This document shows, piece by piece, positions 50,351 through 60,625 of a stretch of 64,000 bases of DNA. The stretch covers positions 58,682-122,681 of the forward strand of contig CAWDPO010000036.1 of NCBI GenBank assembly GCA_963804165.1, read 5' to 3'. A program made the position numbers and the translations under genes. Origin of the DNA: an uncultured delta proteobacterium. Its GTDB lineage: Bacteria > Desulfobacterota > Binatia > UBA9968. Numbering within the stretch: the first letter of the stretch is position 1; each line of letters begins with the position of its first letter. Below the pieces are notes generated by a model. It made no database searches, was not told the DNA's origin, and worked only from the letters and a program-made list of their open reading frames with translations.

Positions 50351-50869
50351 CTACCGGGTTCGGGTGGAGCGGCGAAATCTCATATGGAAGCCGAGCTCCT
50401 GGAGTTTCGCAAAGCTAAATGTTCGCTGTTCATCTTGGCCATCGGATGTTTGGTATTTGACAGTCACCGAATGAGGATGATCCCACGAGATCGTAAACGC
50501 ACTCGCTTCGACTCGATCCAGATGCTCGCCTAAAGTGCGCAGGTGCTGAGAAGGCTTGCTCGTCGTTTTCGTCTGTAGCGGAAGCTGACTGCGTCTTTGT
50601 TTCTGTCCCTGGGAGTCAAGGCGGGAAATGACCGGAGGTTCATATCTCAACCAACCTTCACCGCCTTTCAAGGAGCTATTTCTTTCGTTCGGCGCGGGCG
50701 CATCCCAACTCGTTGCGATGACACTGTTATTGATAATCCACTGGGAGGTCGGGGTGATGGAGCGGCTTCGGACTAGATACGACTCGCCGTGGTTTTCCAG
50801 TTCGAACGCTTCAATGCGCGTCATTTCCAGCGACTGACCGATTGCTCTCAAATCTTTAGAATGGGGCAC
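50351..50869 (-). CDS. Hypothetical protein with an internally repeated LRx(I/L)G motif
   Basis: Intact 172-aa ORF; DLRAIGQSL and HLRTLGEHLD. Confidence 0.65.
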   Translation of the reverse strand: MPHSKDLRAIGQSLEMTRIEAFELENHGESYLVRSRSITPTSQWIINNSVIATSWDAPAPNERNSSLKGGEGWLRYEPPVISRLDSQGQKQRRSQLPLQTKTTSKPSQHLRTLGEHLDRVEASAFTISWDHPHSVTVKYQTSDGQDEQRTFSFAKLQELGFHMRFRRSTRTR

Positions 50870-51346
50870 GTTAAAGGTTCTCCATCGCCAGCAGTAGCCG
50901 AGGCTACCTTTCCTGCTACAGCAAGAGCCCCAATGCCGATCGTCCTCCGGCGGCGCGGCGAATCCGTGCGCATCTCTAAGTGAGGCTCTCCAGGTTTCTT
51001 AAGTCGCCCATGCTCGCGGCGGCTTTGCCGCGAACGCTTTCCTGTGATGTCCCCCCACGGAAACAATCTGGTCAGTGAGACTGAGCTTTTGATGTAAGGT
51101 TTACGGTGTAGGGGTTTTCACAGCGCACACCAGCAAATTCTAACAGGCAAAAAAAGCCGAACCAAGAGGGATCGCAAGATATTTTGTTCAGTGTACTCAA
51201 ACTTCACAATGGAGTACCTTAGCCTTGGATGGAGCGCACAGAAATCTGGAGTTGCCGGGATCAAGTGAGTCGTGCCCAACTCATTCTCCCGCACCGGAAA
51301 CGAGGTAAGCTCGGCGAAAAAAAGCGGTAAAGTATTGCGGAATTAT

Positions 51347-52162
51347 CTACTTTGCGAGGAAATCCAACACCAGCGTTGCTGTCTCCTGAGGTTTTTCTAC
51401 GTGAACGCTGTGACCGGCGCCTGGAACAATTCTCAATGCGCCACTATTCGCGATTGAATTCGCGTAGGTTTCGCCGTGCGCGCGCGGGACGAAGTGATCG
51501 TTTTCACCCCAGACGACCAGCGTCGGCGACGTGATTCTATGCAGCCTGTTTCGCAGCGAATGATTGTAGAAATAGGGGGGCTTGAATCCGACGCGCGAGC
51601 TTAGGCGGAGCATCTGGTAGCGGCGCACCTCATCTTCCAGTTCGCCTTTGCCATCGGGGAACAATTCCAGCGCGTTCTCTTGATCGGCGCTCGCAAACAG
51701 CATTGCTCGCAACGACGCGTAGCTCGAACCGTACTCGGGCTGGGCCATCATAAAAACGTCGCCGATCAGCGCGCCCTCGACGAACAGGCCGGAGGCGCCG
51801 AGTAAAACCAATTTGCGGATTTTTTCCGGATGGCGCGCCGCCAGCTCGGCGGCGATCCAGCCGCCGACACAATTCCCGACGAGATCGAACCGAGTCAACT
51901 TCAAGGAGTCGAGAACCTCGAGGTAATGAAAAACCACGTCTTCGATGGCGTCGATGTCTTTATTCTCATCGGTCTGGGCGCAGCCCGGGTGAGCCGGCGC
52001 GATCACGCGGGCGCGTTGCGCGAGCGCTTCATGGAACGGCATCCAGCTTTCTTTGACCGAGTGGACATCGGCGAAGCCGTGCAGATAGAGCAGCGGCTCG
52101 CCGCTGCCATTTTCCAAGATTTGAACATTGCGCCTGTTGACCTCGATGATCCGCTCGCTCAA
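51347..52162 (-). CDS. Alpha/beta hydrolase with Cys at the nucleophile elbow
   Basis: TTG start overlaps the LLM stop; LYLHG, GNCVGG, WGEND, AGHSVHVE. Confidence 0.83.
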   Translation of the reverse strand: MSERIIEVNRRNVQILENGSGEPLLYLHGFADVHSVKESWMPFHEALAQRARVIAPAHPGCAQTDENKDIDAIEDVVFHYLEVLDSLKLTRFDLVGNCVGGWIAAELAARHPEKIRKLVLLGASGLFVEGALIGDVFMMAQPEYGSSYASLRAMLFASADQENALELFPDGKGELEDEVRRYQMLRLSSRVGFKPPYFYNHSLRNRLHRITSPTLVVWGENDHFVPRAHGETYANSIANSGALRIVPGAGHSVHVEKPQETATLVLDFLAK

Positions 52163-53403
52163 TGGATTGCCTCCGCTGATTGTTCGAAGTTGTTTCCCGG
52201 ATATTCCGCCGTGAATTGTTGCAGCGAGGCATGGCGCAGCGCCGGCGCGACTTGTTCCGCAAACAACTTCATGCTTTTGCGCGCGAGATGGTCCGGCATG
52301 TTGCCGAGCTGGAACTGAATCAACAGATTGCCGACTTTGGCTTTTTCGATCAAGTTTTGAATGCGCCGGGTGACGGTTTCCGGGCTGCCGACGATGATCG
52401 ACTGCGACGCTTCGAGTTCCTCCCAGTTCTCCACGTCGCCTAAAAGTTTGCGCCCGGGGGTGTAATTCTTCATGTATTCTCGCCACGCCGCCGCGGGGAT
52501 GTACGGCACGCCGGGACCATACGTGAGCTGGCGGCCGACTCGGCGCAGATGACCTTTGAGACAATTTTTTAAAAAGTACCAAACGCCTTCCTCGCACTCC
52601 TCGCGCGCTTGCTGATCGCTCTCGGCGACGTAAGTCGACATCAGGATGCCGAAGCGAAACGGGTGATACTTGTCGCCGTGCTTTTCCAACACCGTGGCAA
52701 ATTCCTGCTGCGCGCGATGGGTCTCGCCGCCGTGGCTACGCGAAGAGAGGAAGTAACAATAACCTCGCTTGGCCACTTCCGTCATGGTCGATGGACTGCG
52801 CGAGCCGGGAATCCACACCGGGGGAAAAGGTTTTTGCAGCGGCTTGGGCCAAGGATTCACATAGCGCAAGGGAAAATAGCGGCCCTCGTGCGCGAAGGGT
52901 CCGTCTTCGGTCCACGAGCGCACGATCAAGTCCGCCGCTTCCCAGAATTTTTCCCGGGTGTTCGCCGACGGCACGTCGTAATTGAAAGTTTCCGGCCCAC
53001 CGCCGGGCGCGAAGCCGGCGACGAGACGGCCGTTGCTCATCTGATCGAGCATGGCGTACTCCTCCGCTACACGCAGCGGATTCAAATGGAGCGGCAGGAG
53101 ATTGCCGAGCACGATTATTTTTCCGCGCGAGGTATTTTGCGTGAGTGCCGCGGCGATGATGTTCGGCGAAGGCATCAGGCCGTAAATATTTTGGTGGTGC
53201 TCGTTCAGCACCATGCCGTCGAAGCCGAGCTCATCGGCGTAGACGAGCTGGTCGATGTATTCCTGGTAAAGGCCGCGGGCCTTGTTGTTGTTCCACAAAC
53301 TGTTCGGCACCGTCACCCAACCGGTGTATTCTTTCTCATCAAAATCCTTGGCGAGATGCGGGTATGCCATGAAGTGCCAGCAGAAAAGTTGCACGGGTTT
53401 CAT
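52159..53403 (-). CDS. LLM-class (luciferase-like) flavin-dependent oxidoreductase
   Basis: ADELGFDGMVLNEHH, PLRVAEEYAMLD, WPKPLQKPFPPVW, IVGSPETV. Confidence 0.92.
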   Translation of the reverse strand: MKPVQLFCWHFMAYPHLAKDFDEKEYTGWVTVPNSLWNNNKARGLYQEYIDQLVYADELGFDGMVLNEHHQNIYGLMPSPNIIAAALTQNTSRGKIIVLGNLLPLHLNPLRVAEEYAMLDQMSNGRLVAGFAPGGGPETFNYDVPSANTREKFWEAADLIVRSWTEDGPFAHEGRYFPLRYVNPWPKPLQKPFPPVWIPGSRSPSTMTEVAKRGYCYFLSSRSHGGETHRAQQEFATVLEKHGDKYHPFRFGILMSTYVAESDQQAREECEEGVWYFLKNCLKGHLRRVGRQLTYGPGVPYIPAAAWREYMKNYTPGRKLLGDVENWEELEASQSIIVGSPETVTRRIQNLIEKAKVGNLLIQFQLGNMPDHLARKSMKLFAEQVAPALRHASLQQFTAEYPGNNFEQSAEAIH

Positions 53404-53641
53404 CGTTCACCTCGGGAAAGGTCTGTGATATTGGCGCGCCAGCGCGGCCCAGGCCGAATCGTTTTCGAAATATAGCTTCAATCATCGGCGCAACGCAACC
53501 GCAGCGCCTGCATCGACATCATCTGCGAAAAATCCTCCGCCCCCGCGACTGATGATGTTCTCAAAGGAAGCAGAGTCGCTCGCCAGGTCTCGCAATAGAG
53601 AACCGTCAAGAGTAAACTTTGCTAGCTTTTGCAAAGGACCA

Positions 53642-55366
53642 ATGAAGCCTGATTTGAAACGAATCGGAGTCATTCTCCTGCTCTTCACTTTGGCAGCTTG
53701 CGGCGGCAGCGCCGAGGTGGACTTCGCGCGCTCGCTGGCCGTAAAGGCGCCCGCCGATCTAGTTTTGCGCGGCGGTAAAGTCATCACCGTCGACAGCGAC
53801 TTCTCGGTCCGTCAAGCGGTCGCGATCAGAGACGGACGCTTCGTCGCCGTCGGCACCGATCGTGATATGCGCCCTCTGACGGGACCGAACACGCGCGTCG
53901 TCGATCTCGCCGGACGGACGGTTATTCCGGGACTGATCGACTCGCGTATTCATGCCACCGTCGCCGGCTTACGGTGGGACGCCGAGCTTCATTGGGAGCA
54001 GACGCGCACGCTGGCCGACGGCCTGCAACAGATTGTCGCGGCGGCGAAAGCCGGGCCGCTGGGCAGCTGGATCGTGGTGGGCGGGGGATGGGTGCCGACA
54101 CAGTTCGCCGAGCGCCGTTTTCCGTCTCGCGCCGAGCTCGACGCGATTGCGCCGAATCATCCGGTGTACATCCAGTATCTGCGCCAGGGCGCGCTGCTGA
54201 ACAGCGCCGGGCTCGTGGCGGCGGGAATTGCGCAGGGCATGGCCGACCCGCCTGGCGGCAAATTCGAAAGAAATCCAAACACCGGCGAATTTACCGGATG
54301 GTTACAAGGCGCTGCGGCTTGGGAATATGTCCATAGCAAAATCCCCGGACTCCCTCTCGATAAGGTTCGCGATAGTCTAAAAAATTGTTTTCACGAGCTA
54401 AACCGCCTCGGCGTTACCTCGGTCGGCGATGTGCACACGAGCGCCGTGACCTTCGCGCACCGGCGGGTGTTGAGCGATATGGCGCGCAGCGGCGAACTCT
54501 CGCTGCGAATTAGTTTTTATGTGGCTGCAAATGAACCCGGAGGTGAACTGGAGCAGCTCAAAAACGCGTCGGAGGAGCTCAAAAACTTGCCGCAGAACGA
54601 CAGGTTTCGTTTCAGCGGCTTCGACGCCGGGATTGGCGACGATGACATCTTAGCCGACCCGAAGGGCGTCACGCTAACTCCCGACGCCAAAGAAAAATTT
54701 CGCAGCATGGCGCGCTTCTTTGCCGCATCGGAATTCAGCTTTCACTTGCGCGCCACCCACGATAGTAGCGCGCGGCAGGTGCTCGATGTGCTGGAGCAGG
54801 TCAACGCGGAAAAACCTTTTTCGCCGCGACGCATCGGGTTCGCGCATTTGGAAGATGCGACGTCCGAGACAATCGCGCGGATCAAAAAACTAGGCGGCGG
54901 CATCACGGTGCAGGATCGGATGGCCTTGACCGGGGAGCGCAATGTGGAGCTTTGGGGCTTAGCGAAAGCGCGCAATGCGCCGCCGTTGCGCGCACTGATC
55001 GAATCGGGTATCCCGTTGGGCGCCGGCACCGACGCATTCCGCTCGGGTAACCACTCGCCGATGTTGGCCTTGTGGTGGCTCGTAACGGGCAAGACGGTAG
55101 CCGGAACGGCGCTGCGCGACCGTAGCCAGAATCTCTCGCGCGAAGAAGCATTGCGTCTTTTCACGGTGGGCAGTGCCTGGTTTACGTTCGATGACGGGCG
55201 CAAAGGATCGATCGAAGTCGGCAAGCTCGCCGATCTCGCGGTTCTCAACGCGGATTATCTTACCGTGCCGGAGGATCAGATCCGCACGCTGCAGTCGCTG
55301 CTGACCGTGGTTGGAGGACGAGTCGTTTACACGACGGGGCCCTTTGCCCAACTGGAACGCAAGTAG
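53642..55366 (+). CDS. Amidohydrolase_3 (YtcJ/NfdA-like) lipoprotein
   Basis: LAAC lipobox, DLAGRTVIPGLIDSRIH, GTDA, GSIEVGKLADLAVL, TVVGGRVV. Confidence 0.87.
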   Translation: MKPDLKRIGVILLLFTLAACGGSAEVDFARSLAVKAPADLVLRGGKVITVDSDFSVRQAVAIRDGRFVAVGTDRDMRPLTGPNTRVVDLAGRTVIPGLIDSRIHATVAGLRWDAELHWEQTRTLADGLQQIVAAAKAGPLGSWIVVGGGWVPTQFAERRFPSRAELDAIAPNHPVYIQYLRQGALLNSAGLVAAGIAQGMADPPGGKFERNPNTGEFTGWLQGAAAWEYVHSKIPGLPLDKVRDSLKNCFHELNRLGVTSVGDVHTSAVTFAHRRVLSDMARSGELSLRISFYVAANEPGGELEQLKNASEELKNLPQNDRFRFSGFDAGIGDDDILADPKGVTLTPDAKEKFRSMARFFAASEFSFHLRATHDSSARQVLDVLEQVNAEKPFSPRRIGFAHLEDATSETIARIKKLGGGITVQDRMALTGERNVELWGLAKARNAPPLRALIESGIPLGAGTDAFRSGNHSPMLALWWLVTGKTVAGTALRDRSQNLSREEALRLFTVGSAWFTFDDGRKGSIEVGKLADLAVLNADYLTVPEDQIRTLQSLLTVVGGRVVYTTGPFAQLERK

Positions 55367-55397
55367 ACTAGAGTTTGCTTGTCAGACAGGAGATCGT

Positions 55398-56346
55398 ATG
55401 AGGAATCGTCAATGGCTTTTCGCCGCAATGTTACTTAATCTGATGTTCGTTGCCAACTATGTCGGAGCGGCAGAGCGCTTCTATATCAGTATTCCCGGAC
55501 CGACATTGAGTTATGTGCCGCTTTACTACGGCCAGGAAAAAGGCTTTTTCGCGCAGGAAGGGTTGGACCTGCAAGTGCTGGTCGTGCGTGGCATCGTCGG
55601 AGTCAGCAGTCTGATGTCGGGGGAGATCGATGTCACCTGTCATGCGGGTAGCGGTTTCTCGGCGGCCCTGCGCGGCGTGCCGGTCAAAATTATTTCCGTC
55701 ACCCGCGACCGGCCGGTCCACGAGCTGATCGTCAGCGCGGCGACGAGTACTCCGAGCGACATGAAAGGAAAATCGATTGCCGTCGGTTCATTGGACGGCA
55801 CGGCCGCGATCATGACGCGGCGAATTCTTCAGGCCAAGGGATTGGATGCGCAAAAAGACGTCAATTTTTTGAGCATGGATACACCGGCGCGTCTGCAATC
55901 CCTTTACTCAGGCCGGGTCGCCGGGGCCATGATGGCACCACCGGCGGTCTATCTGGCGGTAGATCAGGGCTACAAGGTTTTCGGACGCGGCCGCGATTAC
56001 ATGCGCTATCTGCAGACGGGCGTGGTTTCGACCGACGGCAATATCAAACAAAAGCGCGAACGGCTGGTGCGGTTTCTCAGAGCTTGGAACCGCGGTTTGA
56101 AAGTTTATCAAGAGAATCCTGAGCTGATGATTCCGTACATACAAAAACGGTCTGGGGATCAAGGATGCCCAATTGGTGCGGCGCATGTACGATGACGATG
56201 CGCCGTATGTGTTGCCCGGCGGCCGTCTGAGCGTCGACGTAGAAAAAGAGATCATCGAAACCGGCCGAGAAGCGCTGCGCATTAAGGAAGCCGTGCCGGC
56301 AGAAAAGATCTTCGACTTCTCCCTGGCTGCCGAGGCAATGAAATAG
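55398..56346 (+). CDS. NitT/TauT ABC substrate-binding protein, frameshift near the C-terminus
   Basis: Signal peptide, EKGFFAQEGLD, MKGKSIAVGSLDG; continues to IFDFSLA in another frame. Confidence 0.85.
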
Positions 56347-56357
56347 GATGCAGGTTG

Positions 56358-57307
56358 CTATTTTTTCACCGCGACGCGTAAGAAACTATAATCGACCACG
56401 TCCGTAAGATGGGTTCGCTTGGTGATTTTGGCCAAGCTCTTGGCTTCGTCAATGGCGGCTTGCAGCGAGCTGTCGTCGACGAAGCCGTCCTGCGACAGTG
56501 CCTCGACCATGTACGTGTAGGCTTCCTCCAATATGTCTCTGGGATAACCGTATTTTCTTTGGGCGAAGGCGATGAAGTTGGCCTTCTCGTTTTGAAAGCG
56601 CGAGTCGCGCGCAAAAAGCCGCGCACCATACGCTGCACCTGGCCGGGATTTTTCTGAATTTTTTCCAAGCTGGCGGCAAGCCCGGTGAGCGGCCGCTGGA
56701 GAATATTCCCGGCGTACACGAGCTCGTGATAGCCCTGTTTTTTGAGCTGGATATTCAGCGGCACCGGCATATGTGTCGCTTGCACCGTGCCGGCAATCAG
56801 TGCCGCGTGACGCAGCGTGTCGGGGCCGAGGGTGATGATCGTCACGTCTTTTTCGGGATCGAGACCGAGAGAGCGCAAGCCGACACGCGCGGCGAGATCG
56901 CCGGTGGCGCCGAACGAGCTGACGCCCACGACCTTGCCTTTCAGTGCCGCGGCGTTGGGAATGTCCGGCCGCGACATCAAGGCGTGCAGCACTCTAGAAA
57001 AATTAAAAGTGAGATTTCTGACCGGTAAGCCGACGATCGCGCCGCGGATGATCGTGCCGGTGCTATAACAATAATCGATGTCGCCGGAGAGCAGCGCTTT
57101 GATTCCCAGATCGGCCCGCAGTGACACGTACACCAGGTCGATGCCTTCGTTGCGGTAAAAGCCGCGCTCGATGCCGTAGAACAAAGGCCCGATCGACAAA
57201 GCGGCGCGCGCAGAGTGGCCGACGATGACTTTCTCCTGCGCGGCGGCAAACGAAAAGCAAAAACCGATCAGAACGACAGCGATAAATGGTCCCGCGAAAT
57301 TCTTCAT
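56358..57307 (-). CDS. NitT/TauT ABC substrate-binding protein, frameshift near the C-terminus
   Basis: MKNFAG signal peptide, RGFYRNEGID, LKGKVVGVSSFGA, VVDYSFL. Confidence 0.85.
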
Positions 57308-57396
57308 GGCATTCCTCGGCTCATTTATCAATTTCATCCGCAGCTTGCAAAGCTGCGCCGGAACTTTTACTGGATGTGATCCGATCGGAGGACACG

Positions 57397-58812
57397 ATGA
57401 GTTAACAAGGACGTGCGTGAGTGGATCAGAAAAGTCGATGAGCTGGGCGAGCTCAAGATCGTCGAAGGCGCAGACTGGAATCTGGAGATCGGCGCCCTGT
57501 CGGTACTGGCGTCGAAGCACAAGGAAAACAGCCCGGCGCTGCTCTTCGACCACATCAAAGATTACCCGGCGGGATATCGAATTCTGGTCGGCTTTTTCGA
57601 AAGCCTCAAGCGCTCGGCGCTGACGACCAATCTGCCTTTGGACATTACCCGTGAGGGTTTCATTCAAGCCTGGCGCGAGCGTTTGGCAAGGCCGGCGTAT
57701 ATTCCGCCGGTGACGGTTAAGGGCGGCCCGGTGATGGAAAATGTCTTCAGCGGCGAAGATATCGATCTTTCAAATTCCCGGTGCCGTTTTGGCACGAGCG
57801 CGAGGCGGGCGCTACATCGGCACGGGCCACGTCGTGATCACACGCGATCCTGACGAGGACTGGGTCAACGTCGGCTGTTACCGGGTAATGGTGCACGATC
57901 GAAACTCCATGGGCATGAAATTTCTCCCGGAAAACATGGCCGCATGCACCGGCAAAAATATTTCGATCGAGGAAAAGCCTTGCCCGGTGGTCGCCTGTTT
58001 CGGCGTCGACCCGTTGCTGCACATGATCGCCACGCGACCCGAGCCATACGGCCGCTGCGAATTCGACGCGGTCGGCGGCATCAAAGGCGAGCCGGTCGAG
58101 GTGATCAGGGGCGAATATACCGGGCTGCCGATTCCTGCATACGCCGAGATCGCCATCGAAGGCGAGTTTTTACCGGATCAGGGCAAAGAAGAAGGGCCGT
58201 TCAGCGAATGGACCGGATATTACGCCAGCGGTGAAAAATTCGAACCGCTGATCAAAGTGCACCGGCTCTACCATCGCAATGATCCGATCATCACCGCTTC
58301 GCCGGAGTACCGCCCGACGGCGCGCGCCGAGCACTGTTACGAACTGTTGCGCGCGGCGTATATTCGCGATCAAGTGGAAAAAGCCGGCGTACCGGATGTG
58401 CAAGCGGTTGCGAGTTACTTTCGCCGGTTTCTAACGGTCATCGCGATCCGCCAACGCTATCCGGGACACGCCCGCCAGGCGGGACTTGATCGCGAGCCAA
58501 TGCCAAGGCGCGGCCTACCTTGGCAGTACGTGGTCGTCGTCGACGACGATATCGACGCCTATGACATCAGCGATGTTTTATGGGCAATGTGCAGCCGCGC
58601 GGACCCGGCCGATTCCGCAGAAATTATCCGGCGCTGCTGGAGCGGCCCCTGGATCCGATCATTCCAAATGAACGAAAAGGATTTAGCTCGCGTATGATCA
58701 TCGACGCCTGCCGGCCTTTTGAGTGGCGCGACGATTTCCGCCCGCCGCTGAGATCAGCGCGGAGCGCCAGCAGGCGGTGATGAAAAAGTGGCGGAAGGAA
58801 TTGTTCAGTTAA
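57397..58812 (+). CDS. UbiD family (prFMN-dependent) decarboxylase, multiply frameshifted
   Basis: DWNLEIG, PALLFDHIKDYP, GGRYIGT, NVGCYR, EGPFSEWTGYY, VVVVDDDID, IIDACRP. Confidence 0.88.
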
Positions 58813-58947
58813 GCGACTCTGCCAACTTTGTCTCGCGGGCAACTCACGCGTAACGATGGTGCAGTGGAAGCGGTTCTAGTAAAATCGTGAAGCGACGACT
58901 TCTAACCTGCTTAAACCTGGCTCACGAAGATAATAGTCGACGCATAT

Positions 58948-58983
58948 AAAAAAAGAAAGGCCAGACTCTTGCGAGTCTGGCCT
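58948..58983 (-). terminator. Rho-independent terminator
   Basis: Perfect 11-bp stem AGGCCAGACTC/GAGTCTGGCCT followed by TTCTTTTTTT on the minus strand. Confidence 0.88.
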
Positions 58984-59069
58984 CTTGCCACTGAACGTGA
59001 CGGGGGGCTCAGTGGCGGCCGCGTTCCCGTGGGAGCTGTGCTGAAGGAGGCAGCGCGGGAAGCGGCACG
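58948..59069 (-). ncRNA. Candidate three-hairpin small RNA with C-rich loops
   Basis: Hairpin 1 loop CCUCCUU; hairpin 2 is a 10-bp stem whose one non-canonical pair is G-U only on the minus strand, loop CCCCCGUCAC; then the terminator. Confidence 0.6.
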
Positions 59070-59139
59070 TTAATTCAAATTAGAATTCTCAGGCTGCAAA
59101 ATTTTTTGTTTTCGCAATCGACGCTGCAAGTAAGTGTTC

Positions 59140-59265
59140 TTAGGCCAATTCCAGTTGCGGCCGGGAAAGTTCTTCGCCGTAATACGCGGCGCCGTTTACC
59201 TTGCTCTGCAAAAAAACAAGCTGCCAATAACTCGGTTTTGCCGATTCGGATTCCGTCGTCTTCAT
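59140..59265 (-). CDS. Putative 41-aa small protein
   Basis: SD AAAGGAG 8 nt before ATG; MKTTESESAKPSYWQLVFLQSKVNGAAYYGEELSRPQLELA. Confidence 0.5.
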   Translation of the reverse strand: MKTTESESAKPSYWQLVFLQSKVNGAAYYGEELSRPQLELA

Positions 59266-59578
59266 TTCCGTCTCTCCTTTTGTCATTTTTCTTAGACGAT
59301 CAATAGATTCGAATAGCATACAATCTCCCGTCACCCATCAAGACTAAAGGTCCTTTCCATTTACGCCTTTCTGAAATTTTGAATTCATTCACCGTTCGAC
59401 TCTGCTGTGACCCTTGCCAAAAGCAGAAGCCGTGCCGGGACAAGACGCAGAGGCGAGCGCTTACGGCGAGAAAACCCGCGGTGACTGACAAAGGCGGATG
59501 GACGTCGACCGCCATTGCTCGCGGTGACGTCTGGTGTCCGCGGCAAAGACCCCGTCCACGCGGTGGTGGCGAATGAAT

Positions 59579-59797
59579 CTACGCCTCGGATGACGGGCCG
59601 CTGTCGACGTTGAGGCGCAGCTTCGCCGTGGAGAACCACGTGTCGCCGAAGTCGAGACCTTGGAGCGTGACCGCCAGCGGCGTCCCTGCGAGGGTGGACA
59701 GCGCCTCGCTGATCGCGTTCTCGATGTCGGTGATTGTCTTGTCGCGGAGCGCGCCCGCGCCGACTCGGTCAATGCGAGTATCGTCAGTCGTAGCCAT
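59579..59797 (-). CDS. Hypothetical 72-aa protein
   Basis: ATG start, high-GC3 codon pattern, protein-like composition. Confidence 0.5.
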   Translation of the reverse strand: MATTDDTRIDRVGAGALRDKTITDIENAISEALSTLAGTPLAVTLQGLDFGDTWFSTAKLRLNVDSGPSSEA

Positions 59798-60625
59798 GCG
59801 GAGATATTAGATTCAGAGTGGCGTTTCGTTGCGGGTCGCGTTACGACGCCGAACGAGCCGAGACCCGCACGCTCCGTGAGGCTATCGCAATGATCATCGA
59901 TCGCGATTTTACTAAACGGCAAAAATCCATCAGATAAGGTCTGGATTCCTGGCTTGACGACAACGTCGGCGCGGGACCTGCTGCGCGTCTTGCGAGGCTG
60001 GAGACTCAGCCGCAACTCGGACTATCGGCCTCGCACGTATTGTCGGGTGACAATCCTGCAGCACGGTCACGAGCAGCCGGAGGTGTTCCGAGTGGCGACT
60101 CCGCTAAGGACGCCGCTGGAGTGATGCGCGCCGAATTCGCGGACGGATATAGGAGTCGGCGGGGCTTCCTCTCTGCTGTGATGGCTCAGTTTGGTCACGA
60201 GGAGGTGTCTCCCATCGCCCCAGAAGCCCCAATTCCCCCGAACCGGCTTGGAGTGCGTGTCCTGCCGACAGCCCATCGCACTCGTTCATACACCTCGACA
60301 AGCGGCACTCACTACCGCCGCCCAGCGATGTGGACGGCCGAACCGGCTCGGACACCTGAGCACTTCAGCGAGGTAGGAAAACGCGCTGGCGGTTTGTTCA
60401 CAGGAAACCTCGTCTGTGCAGGACCTGTAGGCTCGCCGCGCAGGATCGGGCGGATCGCAGCGGCTGGTTTCAGCTGATCCGCAGTGGCTACAGTGTGGCG
60501 TCTTTGCCAGGCACTCGTGTCCCAGCCGGCCAGTCCGCGGCAGTGGAATCCTCGATGGTGCGCCCCGCGTAAGGTTGGTCGAGCGCGCACTCTCACCGTC
60601 AAACTACCAGCAAGCACAACCGCAG

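Noticed and set aside
50870-51340. Riboswitch or RNA gene in the long intergenic regions (also 33400-33820 and 59800-60600)
   Set aside because: No recognisable riboswitch, tRNA or repeat consensus by eye; an Rfam scan would be needed
51347-52597. 416-aa hydrolase as given in the ORF track
   Set aside because: The first ~145 aa overlap the LLM gene; the domain starts at the TTG at 52162
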